Assembly (NCBI GenBank): GCA_050613775.1
Contig: JBODTK010000014.1
Span: 310,001 to 374,000 of the forward strand
DNA from: Neocallimastix sp. 'constans'
Taxonomy: Eukaryota
Direction of reading: 5' to 3'
Length of the DNA stretch: 64,000 nt
Each line of letters starts with the position of its first letter. The stretch's first letter is position 1. A program made the position numbers and the translations under genes. Under the pieces are notes generated by a model. It was not told the origin of the DNA. It made no database searches and worked only from the letters and a program-made list of their open reading frames with translations. This document shows positions 51,707 through 64,000 of the stretch, in pieces.

Positions 51707-53791
51707 TTATAATATTGATTTTTTCCATTTCATTTTTCCTGAATCATTATTGCATTTGTCAATACGTGGAGTCATGGAATAGTAAACACACAATTTATTA
51801 TTATTATTATCGGTAAGATGCTTGCCATTAATATCGTAGACATCAATAGAGTCTGATGAATAGCCTCCATACATAAATTTATGTTTGGCATTTTCACAAT
51901 TGACGATGCTAAGGAAGTTATAACCGTTTGTACTGTGATGATTACCTAAATCTAAACAATGACTAGATGGATTTCCAGGATTACCATAAGTACCATCGGA
52001 TAAATATAAGAGAGATGGTTTAGTTTCAGAAGTAACATGCCATGTACGATATTTATAACTATCATTACTATTTTCATCATGAATATCGAAATATTCATAA
52101 TTCTTTAATTCTTTAACACCTAAATAGTAATTTAAGGTAGGATCTAATGTTCCTTTGAATTTAATAGTAACATAATTAGAAATAGTTGGTTCTGATTCAT
52201 CGTTGTTATTAGAAGTTCCATTAATAGAGAATTTTCCAAGGTAGTTGGCACCTAAGGATTCATTCCAAATATTTTTGTCATCATTAGCAAATCTGATAGG
52301 GAAACCATTTAATCCTTTACTTTTAGTTCCAGTAGCAATTCTTAAGTATACTTTGTAGTTTCCATTTTTCATGCCATTTGGAAGAATCGCTTTTACTTTG
52401 ACTGTAGTTTTTTCTTTAGAATTCCAATTATTTGGATTACCATTTTCGATAGATTGAATTTCAGATAGGTCATAACGGTTATTGTTATTATCAATTACTA
52501 AAAGAGAGAGTGATTTTGGTTTTACAAGATTACCATAACCAACATTTTCAATATCAACTTCCATTCTAAATATTCCATTACTTTTAGCTGACTTTGTAAG
52601 ACGAACACCACGAACAACATATCTATAACCAAGATGGTTTTCAACATAATTGTAACCAGATATTCCCTTATATCTTTTATCAACACCATTATACTTTTTA
52701 TTTTTTAAGTTACTAATAGTCACGTTATAATGTCCATTGTTCAAATAACTTGTATGAGTCAAAAATGCTTCTTTGTCCATATAATCAGCTGTAGGACTTA
52801 CATTACCCATATCATCGTCTTCATCGATACCTCCAAATTCACCTCCAAATAATGTATGTTTTGCTTGATTTTTTAACCATTTTATTTCTTGTTCTCTATT
52901 TTTGTAAGTACCAAGATCACTTTTTGATGCAAGATATCCATCATTGTATATACCTACTCTGTAAGCCTTTTCATTTGGTTTTGTAATTTGACTTGAAATC
53001 TTAGATAAATCTATATTAGCCCAATCACTGTATATTTTAGGAGTTCTTACACTTATAGTAAGTGATTCTGGTAAAAATTCTAACCAATTATTAATAACTT
53101 TATTTAAATATTTAGGTTTTTCGCTATCCGAGTAGACACTACTTCCATGCATTTCACCCCATTTACCAAATAATCCACATTCCACTGAAGCTATGATATC
53201 ATCATATTTTTTAAGGACTCGGCTTACCTGTTTTTGATGATTTCTTACATTGTCAGAAGAAGGATCCTTACTGACATCACCATTGAAACCAGGATCATAT
53301 GCAAATCTAATTACGATAGTTTTATGATTTCTTTTTATTTGTTCTAAATATTTATCTAAGAAGGTGAGAGCTTCCTCATCTATAGAATGTTTTTGATAAT
53401 CAGAAATATCTACTAAAAGTCGAATTAAATTGGTCTTTGGAATAGAATGATTCTTACTCTTTCCATTTCTTCTTAAATAAATTACTATTTCTGTATAAAA
53501 ACCTCTATAAGGATTTTGAACCTCGGAAAGAGATTCTACATAACTAATGTCATTTATAGATTGAAAATTACCATTAGATAATTCATCTCTTTTCATGACA
53601 GGATTAAAAGAAGTATTCAAAGAATTATAAGTTTGATTTTGAGCAAGGACATTCTCTGTAGATAAATCAACCTTATCATCCATTTCAAACGAGTAGTCTA
53701 AATTGGTATCAAGAGTTGGCTTTCCATAAACCTTAATATCTTTTAATAATAATAAAGATACTACTGTTGTAATAGAAGTAAAGAATTTCAT
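51707..53791 (-). CDS. Secreted DUF4874/DUF4832 glycoside-hydrolase-like protein, copy 2
   Basis: 694 aa; differs from copy 1 at 3 residues. Confidence 0.8.
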   Translation of the reverse strand: MKFFTSITTVVSLLLLKDIKVYGKPTLDTNLDYSFEMDDKVDLSTENVLAQNQTYNSLNTSFNPVMKRDELSNGNFQSINDISYVESLSEVQNPYRGFYTEIVIYLRRNGKSKNHSIPKTNLIRLLVDISDYQKHSIDEEALTFLDKYLEQIKRNHKTIVIRFAYDPGFNGDVSKDPSSDNVRNHQKQVSRVLKKYDDIIASVECGLFGKWGEMHGSSVYSDSEKPKYLNKVINNWLEFLPESLTISVRTPKIYSDWANIDLSKISSQITKPNEKAYRVGIYNDGYLASKSDLGTYKNREQEIKWLKNQAKHTLFGGEFGGIDEDDDMGNVSPTADYMDKEAFLTHTSYLNNGHYNVTISNLKNKKYNGVDKRYKGISGYNYVENHLGYRYVVRGVRLTKSAKSNGIFRMEVDIENVGYGNLVKPKSLSLLVIDNNNNRYDLSEIQSIENGNPNNWNSKEKTTVKVKAILPNGMKNGNYKVYLRIATGTKSKGLNGFPIRFANDDKNIWNESLGANYLGKFSINGTSNNNDESEPTISNYVTIKFKGTLDPTLNYYLGVKELKNYEYFDIHDENSNDSYKYRTWHVTSETKPSLLYLSDGTYGNPGNPSSHCLDLGNHHSTNGYNFLSIVNCENAKHKFMYGGYSSDSIDVYDINGKHLTDNNNNKLCVYYSMTPRIDKCNNDSGKMKWKKSIL

Positions 53792-56359
53792 TTTTTTTTA
53801 TTTTTTTTTTGAATTGTATTACTTTTTAGTTTGTAATATAAAAAATATAATTTTATATTTTTAAATTTTTATTATTATTTTTTTTTTATTTTTAAAATTT
53901 TGAAAAAAGAAAAGATTAAATAATCTTTTTTATATATAATTATTTTATAAAATAATTATATTATTATTTTTATTTATTTTAATTTTTTTTTGAAGAATAA
54001 ATTAAGAAAAAATTACTTCTATTTATACTTTAATGAAAAAACGATCTAAATGTACAACTATAATAATATAAATAATAAAAGTAAATGTTTCTATTATTGA
54101 AAAATTTTAATTAACGAAATAATTTTTATTATGTATAATATAAAATTTATTCAATTAAAAAAGTTTGATATAATTTAATTAAATATATTATAATAATATT
54201 TATTTACTTAAATATATATTTATTTACTTACTTATTAATTTTTTTAATTTCATTTTAAAGATAGAATATTCTAATTTATTTTTTTATTATTTTTAATTTT
54301 TTTTTTTTGGAAATAAAATTTTAAATATTAGAATTTAAACTTTAAATTTCTTGAAAATGAAGAACACCAATGAAGTTTAATAAAATTTGGAATAATTTTC
54401 TTCTGAAAATGAAGCGAGAAATTTATACCTCATACGAATTTTATTTAAATTTAAGTGAAATAAATTTATACCAGTCAGGTTTTGGCTTTTCTCACTTGAA
54501 GTACTTTTATTCTTATCTTTTAAATTGTATTCCAGAAAAGGTTGAAGAAATACCAATAACCCTAACCCAGATATCATTTATGACATAAGTAAAGCAGCAA
54601 GAAAAACCAAAGACACTAGAAAATCTCCTACTTAATATATCACAACCATTAGTGATGTTCCTATCAGTTGGTGCTCAAGTTAATGTAGATAAAAAAATTT
54701 ATTAAAACATCATCTCTATTAAATAAATAGTATTTAACAAAAATAAACAAATTTTAAAATTAACAATACTTTTCTAAAAAAAAAAAAAAAAAAAAAAATT
54801 AAAATATTCCATCTTTAAAATGAAATTAATAAAAAAAAGTTAAGTTAAATAAAAAAGTAAATAAATATATACATATTTAAATAAATAAATTAATAAATAT
54901 TTAATTAAATGAATAATTATTTCAATAAATGAATATAAATTTAAATAAATGAATAATAATTAATAAATAAATTTAATAAAAATTTAATATTTCTTTTTTT
55001 TTTTTTTTTTATAAAATAAAATTTTAAAATGTTCCAACCAATGAATAAATAGAAGGTATATTTTAAATCTCCAAAAAAAAAAATTTTATAATTAAAATTT
55101 TAATTATCTGAAAATAAAAAAAATTAATAAATATTTAATACGTATATTTTTTAATTTATTTTTAAATAAAATAAAATAAATAACTTTTAAAATGAAACAA
55201 TTTATTAAAAATAATTATAATAGTTAATAATAAAATAATATAGTATATAATATTAAATATAATTATAATAAATAATAATATGACTAATTATAAAAAATAA
55301 TGATATATTATTAATGATATAACAATTTTATCTTTATTTTTATTAATAGGATATTATATTTTTTTTATAATTTAAAGATGTATATTTTTAATAATCCATT
55401 TTAATAATTATTATTTATTTTTTCTTTTTTATTTTTTATTATTGAAATATTCAATAAAAAAAAATTTTCGATTATTCGAATAATAAATTTTTAATAGGCA
55501 TTGCATTCTATTTAATAATAATATATATTATATATATATATATATTTTTGTATATTAATTTATTTATATAATTCAAAATATTTTATTATTATTTAATTTA
55601 TAATCAATTTATTAATTTAAAAGTTAATAATAAAATATATAGTACTATTATATAGTTTATAAAAAAAATTAATTAATTGTAATTATTAATTTATTTTGCC
55701 TAAAAAAAAATTAAATCTATATTTTTCATAACTTTGAAATAAAAAAAATAAAAAAAATATATATATATATAAAACTTTATAATAATATCAAAAAAAAATA
55801 AATTTTAATTTATATTTTTTTTCAATTTAAATGGAAGAAATAAACATAAAATAAAATGAAAATAATTTATGTAAAAAAAAAAAAAAGCAATAATATATAT
55901 TAATGTTATTATTAAATAATTATATAATATAAAGTAATAATATAATATTAAATAAAAGTATAATATATTATATATTTTTATTATTTTTAATTTTACATTA
56001 TAAGGTAATATTATACGTAATAAAATTTATTTTGTTAATAAAATTGATTTAATAAAGAAAATATCTATTTTAATTATTTATATTATTATAGTTGTACATT
56101 TAGATCGTTTATTCATTAAAGTATAAAAAGAAGCAATTTTTTCTTAATTTATTCTTCAAAAAAAAATTAAAATAAATAAAAATAATAATATAATTATTTT
56201 ATAAAATAATTATATATAAAAAAGATTATTTAATCCTTTCTTTTTTCAAAATTTTAAAAATAAAAAAAAAATAATAATAAAAATTTAAAAATATAAAATT
56301 ATATTTTTTATATTACAAAACTAAAAAAATAATACAATTTAAAAAAAAATAAAAAAAAA

Positions 56360-58444
56360 ATGAAATTCTTTACTTCTATTACAACAGTAGTATCTTTATT
56401 ATTATTAAAAGATATTAAGGTTTATGGAAAGCCAACTCTTGATACCAATTTAGACTACTCGTTTGAAATGGATGATAAGGTTGATTTATCTACAGAGAAT
56501 GTCCTTGCTCAAAATCAAACTTATAATTCTTTGAATACTTCTTTTAATCCTGTCATGAAAAGAGATGAATTATCTAATGGTAATTTTCAATCTATAAATG
56601 ACATTAGTTATGTAGAATCTCTTTCCGAGGTTCAAAATCCTTATAGAGGTTTTTATACAGAAATAGTAATTTATTTAAGAAGAAATGGAAAGAGTAAGAA
56701 TCATTCTATTCCAAAGACCAATTTAATTCGACTTTTAGTAGATATTTCTGATTATCAAAAACATTCTATAGATGAGGAAGCTCTCACCTTCTTAGATAAA
56801 TATTTAGAACAAATAAAAAGAAATCATAAAACTATCGTAATTAGATTTGCATATGATCCTGGTTTCAATGGTGATGTCAGTAAGGATCCTTCTTCTGACA
56901 ATGTAAGAAATCATCAAAAACAGGTAAGCCGAGTCCTTAAAAAATATGATGATATCATAGCTTCAGTGGAATGTGGATTATTTGGTAAATGGGGTGAAAT
57001 GCATGGAAGTAGTGTCTACTCGGATAGCGAAAAACCTAAATATTTAAATAAAGTTATTAATAATTGGTTAGAATTTTTACCAGAATCACTTACTATAAGT
57101 GTAAGAACTCCTAAAATATACAGTGATTGGGCTAACATAGATTTATCAAAGATTTCAAGTCAAATTACAAAACCAAATGAAAAGGCTTACAGAGTAGGTA
57201 TATACAATGATGGATATCTTGCATCAAAAAGTGATCTTGGTACTTACAAAAATAGAGAACAAGAAATAAAATGGTTAAAAAATCAAGCAAAACATACATT
57301 ATTTGGAGGTGAATTTGGAGGTATCGATGAAGACGATGATATGGGTAATGTAAGTCCTACAGCTGATTATATGGACAAAGAAGCATTTTTGACTCATACA
57401 AGTTATTTGAACAATGGACATTATAACGTGACTATTAGTAACTTAAAAAATAAAAAGTATAATGGTGTTGATAAAAGATATAAGGGAATATCTGGTTACA
57501 ATTATGTTGAAAACCATCTTGGTTATAGATATGTTGTTCGTGGTGTTCGTCTTACAAAGTCAGCTAAAAGTAATGGAATATTTAGAATGGAAGTTGATAT
57601 TGAAAATGTTGGTTATGGTAATCTTGTAAAACCAAAATCACTCTCTCTTTTAGTAATTGATAATAACAATAACCGTTATGACCTATCTGAAATTCAATCT
57701 ATCGAAAATGGTAATCCAAATAATTGGAATTCTAAAGAAAAAACTACAGTCAAAGTAAAAGCGATTCTTCCAAATGGCATGAAAAATGGAAATTACAAAG
57801 TATACTTAAGAATTGCTACTGGAACTAAAAGCAAAGGATTAAATGGTTTCCCTATCAGATTTGCTAATGATGACAAAAATATTTGGAATGAATCCTTAGG
57901 TGCTAACTACCTTGGAAAATTCTCTATTAATGGAACTTCTAATAACAACGATGAATCAGAACCAACTATTTCTAATTATGTTACTATTAAATTCAAAGGA
58001 ACATTAGATCCTACCTTAAATTACTATTTAGGTGTTAAGGAATTAAAGAATTATGAATATTTCGATATTCATGATGAAAATAGTAATGATAGTTATAAAT
58101 ATCGTACATGGCATGTTACTTCTGAAACTAAACCATCTCTCTTATATTTATCCGATGGTACTTATGGTAATCCTGGAAATCCATCTAGTCATTGTTTAGA
58201 TTTAGGTAATCATCACAGTACAAACGGTTATAACTTCCTTAGCATCGTCAATTGTGAAAATGCCAAACATAAATTTATGTATGGAGGCTATTCATCAGAC
58301 TCTATTGATGTCTACGATATTAATGGCAAGCATCTTACCGATAATAATAATAATAAATTATGTGTTTACTATTCCATGACTCCACGTATTGACAAATGCA
58401 ATAATGATTCAGGAAAAATGAAATGGAAAAAATCAATATTATAA
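56360..58444 (+). CDS. Secreted DUF4874/DUF4832 glycoside-hydrolase-like protein, copy 3
   Basis: 694 aa; protein identical to copy 2, divergently oriented. Confidence 0.8.
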   Translation: MKFFTSITTVVSLLLLKDIKVYGKPTLDTNLDYSFEMDDKVDLSTENVLAQNQTYNSLNTSFNPVMKRDELSNGNFQSINDISYVESLSEVQNPYRGFYTEIVIYLRRNGKSKNHSIPKTNLIRLLVDISDYQKHSIDEEALTFLDKYLEQIKRNHKTIVIRFAYDPGFNGDVSKDPSSDNVRNHQKQVSRVLKKYDDIIASVECGLFGKWGEMHGSSVYSDSEKPKYLNKVINNWLEFLPESLTISVRTPKIYSDWANIDLSKISSQITKPNEKAYRVGIYNDGYLASKSDLGTYKNREQEIKWLKNQAKHTLFGGEFGGIDEDDDMGNVSPTADYMDKEAFLTHTSYLNNGHYNVTISNLKNKKYNGVDKRYKGISGYNYVENHLGYRYVVRGVRLTKSAKSNGIFRMEVDIENVGYGNLVKPKSLSLLVIDNNNNRYDLSEIQSIENGNPNNWNSKEKTTVKVKAILPNGMKNGNYKVYLRIATGTKSKGLNGFPIRFANDDKNIWNESLGANYLGKFSINGTSNNNDESEPTISNYVTIKFKGTLDPTLNYYLGVKELKNYEYFDIHDENSNDSYKYRTWHVTSETKPSLLYLSDGTYGNPGNPSSHCLDLGNHHSTNGYNFLSIVNCENAKHKFMYGGYSSDSIDVYDINGKHLTDNNNNKLCVYYSMTPRIDKCNNDSGKMKWKKSIL

Positions 58445-59067
58445 ATAAATTTAATATAAAAAAATATTACTTTAACTATTATATAATTATCTATAAAAAA
58501 ATTTCATGTCTAAAAAATAAATATATATTAATAATAATCCTTTAAATTTGATTGATTATAGAAATCAATCTTTATTTAAGAATTCATAATTTTTTAAAAA
58601 AAAAAAAAAAAAATGAAACAAAATAAAAATATGCAATAAATTAAAATTAAAATTTAAATAAAAAAATAAAATTAAAAACTTTATATAAAAGTAAAATCAT
58701 CAATAATTAACAATATTTAATAAAAGAAAAGAAATTATATCAATATTAAAAAAAAATAACATCAATTTAAAATCAATTATTATTGATTAATAAAAAAAAT
58801 TTTACTATAATAATATAAAAAATATCAATATTTTATCTCTATATAACTATAAATTAAAATTTAAAAAATAAAAATAAAAATAAAATAAAATAAAATAAAC
58901 AATAAAACAATACTTTATAAATAAAAAAAATTAAAAAAAAAAAAATAAAATGATTATAAATTTAAAATCAATTATTATTAATTAAAAAAAATTAATACAA
59001 TAAAAAAAAGTAATATATAAAATAAATAATTAATGTAAACATGTATCTATGAATAAAAATTTAAAAT

Positions 59068-59098
<31 letters not shown>

Positions 59099-59147
59099 TA
59101 AAATATATAAATAAAAAAAATTTTTTATTATAAATTAAATGTCAAAC

Positions 59148-59627
59148 TGTTAAGAATTAGGATTTTATGGTTTATAATTATGTAAATTTTATTAATATAT
59201 TATATAATATAGAGTTACTAGAACTCAATTATTCTAAATTAAATGCCTTTATATTAATAGATTAGGGCTTATAAATTATTTATATTATGTTTTAATATAT
59301 TTGAATCTTATTTTTCATACATTTCACATATTCTAACATTCTCCCTTAAACCTAGTTATTTTATATGAATAAATTGATTTACTGGTGAATATGTGAATAT
59401 AAAATTATCCTATTTTATATATAATATTAACTTGATATTATTAAACTATTATTTATTTCTATTCAAAATTAATCTTTAATATATTTTATGATAAAGAGTT
59501 ACTATCATATAATTATTTTAAATTAAGTGTTTTTATATTAATAAACTGTGGTTTATACATTATTTATATTACAATATGTTTTGATATATTTGAAGCTTAT
59601 TTTTCATTCATTTCACATATTCTAACA
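59148..59627 (-). mobile_element. Internally deleted mirror copy of the copia LTR element
   Basis: Reverse complement of the 3' LTR (59148-59338), the PPT, a short internal piece and part of the 5' LTR (to 59627). Flanked by CAAAC at 59143-59147 and 59628-59632. Confidence 0.75.
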
Positions 59628-59779
59628 CAAACTATATAGTATTTTATAAAATAAATTTTAATACTATATATTAATATATTTAAATAATATCTTTTAACAA
59701 AATATTATATTTTTTTAAATTATTTTTATATCAAAACGTTAGTATATATTTAAATTATGTTATAAAAAGCATTTATAAA

Positions 59780-60620
59780 ATATAAATTCTGTTATTTTCC
59801 ATATTCTATTCTAATAAATTTTACAAATGTTAGACTTCTATTGGGTTAGGGTACATTGTGGATATAAATTCAATGTTCGTGTTGCCAAAGCTACCAATAG
59901 GATTGAAGACGACTATCCAGAACCATATCCTTGTTACTATAAAAAAAAATAGTTATTATCGATTTGAACATTGGATTTCTAAATACTTTTTTTTTCCATG
60001 AATTTCGAATGAAATATTTTAAAGATATTGAAATTCTTTATAAAAAATTTTATATAATTTCCAAACATTGTTCGATATCAAATATAAATGTAAACACTGT
60101 TTTTACAGATATGAATAATGTAGAATCAAATACTGATTAAAATAGTAATAAATAAAAGTATAATATTATTAATAATGACGATAGATATTATTGCTAATAA
60201 TAATAGTATTATTGATAGTAAACATAAGAATATTAATATTAGAAATTGGGAAAATAATAAAATTATTACTAATATGATGAATAAATCAATTGTTGAAAAT
60301 CGTATTAATATTAAAGTAATTTTCTGAATAATGAGTTTGTAAATATATAATGACGTGATACCGATTATAATTCTTCTTTCTTGGTGAAAGAGATGAAGAC
60401 ATTAATAATTTAAATTTTAAAACTGAATGGAATTTTCAGTATAAAAACCAAATCATTTCCGTTGATTATTCTTGATGAGATCTGTGACTTTCTAGAAATT
60501 ATGCGTAATTTCTTTTCAGATAGTCAATTCAAACCCTTATACAGAATAAGAATTCCTTTTTAAGCAAAGAACTTATAATCATGGAGATAAGATTCGTTAT
60601 ATATGAACATTTTTTCTGAA
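59780..60620 (+). mobile_element. LINE 3' remnant (mirror of 47090-47930)
   Basis: Reverse complement of the left-arm LINE relic with scattered substitutions. Confidence 0.7.
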
Positions 60621-62814
60621 TTTATTTAAACATTTTATTTTTAAATATTACTTTTTATTTTACGTTTCTATTTTAATTACAATTATATTCTAATTGGACA
60701 AAATAATATTTATTTTTTTATTAATTATATTTATATATATATATTTTTTTTTAAAAAATAAAAAAATAATTAATAAATTAATAAATTAATAAATTAATAA
60801 ATTGATAAAGATTAAAATTCGAAATAATTACGACTGTACAAAAAAAAAAAAAAAAATAAAAATAAAAATAAAAAAATGAATAGATAATAAAAATATCAAC
60901 ATCCTTTCCAGCCGAAATTGGATAGTAGTAGTTATTATCATATGAAGTAGTGGAATTACCATCATATTTTCCTAGAGAAAGTTAATGAAAGATGGATATC
61001 CGTATGTTCTCTGACCCTGTCATTTTTATTCTCTATTTTATATAATTTATCAAGTGAAATATCTTTATTATCTCTATCATTAGAATATAAATAAATTTTA
61101 CTATCTTCAACCTTTTCAATAATATAAATAGAAAGATAGGAATAAAAATATCTCAAATGGAAAAAGCCAAAAACTGATTTTATTTAAATTTATTTTAATG
61201 AAATTAAATAAAATTCTATATTATGAGTTATAGAATGGCTAACTTCATTTATCCAAAGAAAATTATTCCAAATTTTATTAAACATCAATGGTTTTCTTCA
61301 TTTTCAAGAATTTTAAAGTTTAAATTCTAATATTTAAAATTTTATTTCCAAAAAAAAAAAATAAAAATAAAAAAAAAATAAATTAGAATATTCTATCTTT
61401 AAAATGAAATTAAAAAAAAATATTAATAAATAAGTAAATAAATATATAAATATTTAAATAAATAAATATTATGATAATAAATATTTAATTAAATTATATA
61501 AAACTTTTATTAAATGAATAAATATTTAAATAAATGAATATAAATTTAAATAAATGAATAATAAATAATTAATAAATAAATTAAATAAAAATTTAATAAT
61601 ATTTTTTTTTATAAATAAATTTTTTTAATATTTCAACCAATTAATAAATAGAAGGTATATTTTAAATCTCCAAAAAAAAAAAAAAAAAAAAATAAAAATA
61701 AAAAAAAATTATTAATACGTATATTTTTTAATTTATGTTTATATTTATATAATATAAAATAAAATGAATAATTTTTAAATAATTCATCAAATGTAATTAT
61801 AACAATATATAATAAAATAATTTAATAGATAATATTATATTAAATAAACTAATAATAAATAATAAAAAAGAAAAAAATTAATAATTATTTATATAATTTT
61901 ATCTTTATTTTTATTAATAAGTTACAATATTAAATTGATAATTTAAATTAGCTTAAAACTTTTTTATTATATATATTAATAATTATAATTTATTTTTTTT
62001 TTTTTTTTAAATTTTAATTATTTAAATATCTCATAACAATAAAACATTTCGATTATTCGAATAATAAATTTTTAATAGGCATTATAAGTATTATTAAAAA
62101 AATTTATTTAATCCTAAATATTATTTTATTTTGCCAATGCTTTCACCCAATAAAAAAATTAAATCTATATTTTTTATAAATTTGAAACAAAAACATAAAA
62201 AAAAAATTTAATATATATAAATCTAAAAATTAAAAAATAAAAAAAAATAAAATTTAATTTATATATTTTTCAATTTAAATGGAAGAAATAAACATAAAAT
62301 AAAATGAAAATAATTTATGTAAAAAAAAAAAAAAAAAGCAATAATATATATATTAATATTATTATTATTAAATAACTTAATAATGTAAATAAATAATATT
62401 AAATAATAGTATAATATATAATATATTTTTAATATTTTTAATTTTACACAAAAAGGTAATATTATACGTAATAAAATTTATTTTGTTAATAAAATTAATT
62501 CAATAAAGGAAATATTTATTTTAATTATTTATATTATTATAGTTGTACATTTAGATCTTTTATTTCATTAAAGTATAAAAAGAAGCAATTCTTTTTTAAT
62601 TTATTCTTCAAAAAAAATTAAAATAATTAAAAATAATAATATAATTATTTTATAAAATAATTATATATAAAAAAAATTATTTAATCTTTTCTTTTTTCAA
62701 AATTTTAAAAATAAAAAAAAGAAATAATAATAAAAATTTAATAATATAAAATTATATTTTTTATATTACAAAACTAAAAAGTAATACAATTCAAAAAAAA
62801 AATAAAAAAAAAAA

Positions 62815-64000
62815 ATGAAATTTTTTACTTCTATTACAACAGTAGTATCTTTATTATTATTAAAAGATATTAAGGTTTATGGAAAGCCAACTCTTGATAC
62901 CAATTTAGACTACTCGTTTGAAATGGATGATAAGGTTGATTTATCTACAGAGAATGTCCTTGCTCAAAATCAAACTTATAATTCTTTGAATACTTCTTTT
63001 AATCCTGTCATGAAAAGAGATGAATTATCTAATGGTAATTTTCAATCTATAAATGACATTAGTTATGTAGAATCTCTTTCCGAGGTTCAAAATCCTTATA
63101 GAGGTTTTTATACAGAAATAGTAATTTATTTAAGAAGAAATGGAAAGAGTAAGAATCATTCTATTCCAAAGACCAATTTAATTCGACTTTTAGTAGATAT
63201 TTCTGATTATCAAAAACATTCTATAGATGAGGAAGCTCTCACCTTCTTAGATAAATATTTAGAACAAATAAAAAGAAATCATAAAACTATCGTAATTAGA
63301 TTTGCATATGATCCTGGTTTCAATGGTGATGTCAGTAAGGATCCTTCTTCTGACAATGTAAGAAATCATCAAAAACAGGTAAGCCGAGTCCTTAAAAAAT
63401 ATGATGATATCATAGCTTCAGTGGAATGTGGATTATTTGGTAAATGGGGTGAAATGCATGGAAGTAGTGTCTACTCGGATAGCGAAAAACCTAAATATTT
63501 AAATAAAGTTATTAATAACTGGTTAGAATTTTTACCAGAATCACTTACTATAAGTGTAAGAACTCCTAAAATATACAGTGATTGGGCTAACATAGATTTA
63601 TCTAAGATTTCAAGTCAAATTACAAAACCAAATGAAAAGGCTTACAGAGTAGGTATATATAATGATGGATATCTTGCATCAAAAAGTGATCTTGGTACTT
63701 ACAAAAATAGAGAACAAGAAATAAAATGGTTAAAAAATCAAGCAAAACATACATTATTTGGAGGTGAATTTGGAGGTATCGATGAAGACGATGATATGGG
63801 TAATGTAAGTCCTACAGCTGATTATATGGACAAAGAAGCATTTTTGACTCATACAAGTTATTTGAACAATGGACATTATAACGTGACTATTAGTAACTTA
63901 AAAAATAAAAAGTATAATGGTGTTGATAAAAGATATAAGGGAATATCTGGTTACAATTATGTTGAAAACCATCTTGGTTATAGATATGTTGTTCGTGGTG
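62815..64000 (+). CDS. Secreted DUF4874/DUF4832 glycoside-hydrolase-like protein, copy 4 (runs off window end; not in the ORF track)
   Basis: ATG at 62815, MKFFTSITT.. open to the end of the window (..HLGYRYVVRG), matching the other copies. Confidence 0.85.
   Translation, partial: MKFFTSITTVVSLLLLKDIKVYGKPTLDTNLDYSFEMDDKVDLSTENVLAQNQTYNSLNTSFNPVMKRDELSNGNFQSINDISYVESLSEVQNPYRGFYTEIVIYLRRNGKSKNHSIPKTNLIRLLVDISDYQKHSIDEEALTFLDKYLEQIKRNHKTIVIRFAYDPGFNGDVSKDPSSDNVRNHQKQVSRVLKKYDDIIASVECGLFGKWGEMHGSSVYSDSEKPKYLNKVINNWLEFLPESLTISVRTPKIYSDWANIDLSKISSQITKPNEKAYRVGIYNDGYLASKSDLGTYKNREQEIKWLKNQAKHTLFGGEFGGIDEDDDMGNVSPTADYMDKEAFLTHTSYLNNGHYNVTISNLKNKKYNGVDKRYKGISGYNYVENHLGYRYVVRG

Larger units (their letters stand above)
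43660..64000. repeat. Large imperfect inverted duplication (palindrome) centred near 54.5-55 kb
   Basis: Reverse-complement matches: 58444-59480 with 51707-50650; 59480-59760 with 49040-48720; 59770-62815 with 47945-44852; copy 4 with copy 1. Confidence 0.9.

Noticed and set aside
42768..64000. The four gene copies as an assembly artefact
   Set aside because: Copies carry distinguishing SNPs, and the flanks differ by indels and TE presence or absence in a consistent historical order.

Overview
Extremely AT-rich, intron-rich eukaryotic DNA, most consistent with an anaerobic gut fungus (Neocallimastigomycota); this is inferred from composition, intron style and gene content. Host genes: a ~22-exon CPSF160/Cft1 gene (<76-10844), a 3-exon 7TM-RGS gene (19841-22712), an intronless ankyrin-repeat gene (33997-36729) and a 5-exon CIA2/MIP18 gene (38808-40186). 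Two regions stand out. (1) At ~23.15-30.74 kb lies an intronless, gene-dense, decaying endogenous large-DNA-virus-like segment carrying a transcription module: an unusually compact RNA polymerase largest subunit (QADFDGDEMN), a TFIIS-type Zn-ribbon, a probable VETF-large-subunit-like gene and a possible SSB, with a recurring TTGACA intergenic motif. (2) From ~41.6 kb to the window end, four near-identical copies of a secreted, intronless, bacterial-type DUF4874/DUF4832 glycoside-hydrolase-like gene with a C-terminal ricin-like module sit in a large palindrome (<- <- -> ->). A copia insertion with a 5-bp TSD orders the duplications and suggests gene conversion is homogenising the coding sequences. 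Several LINE and copia relics are also present. All family assignments come from motif recognition by eye, not database searches.
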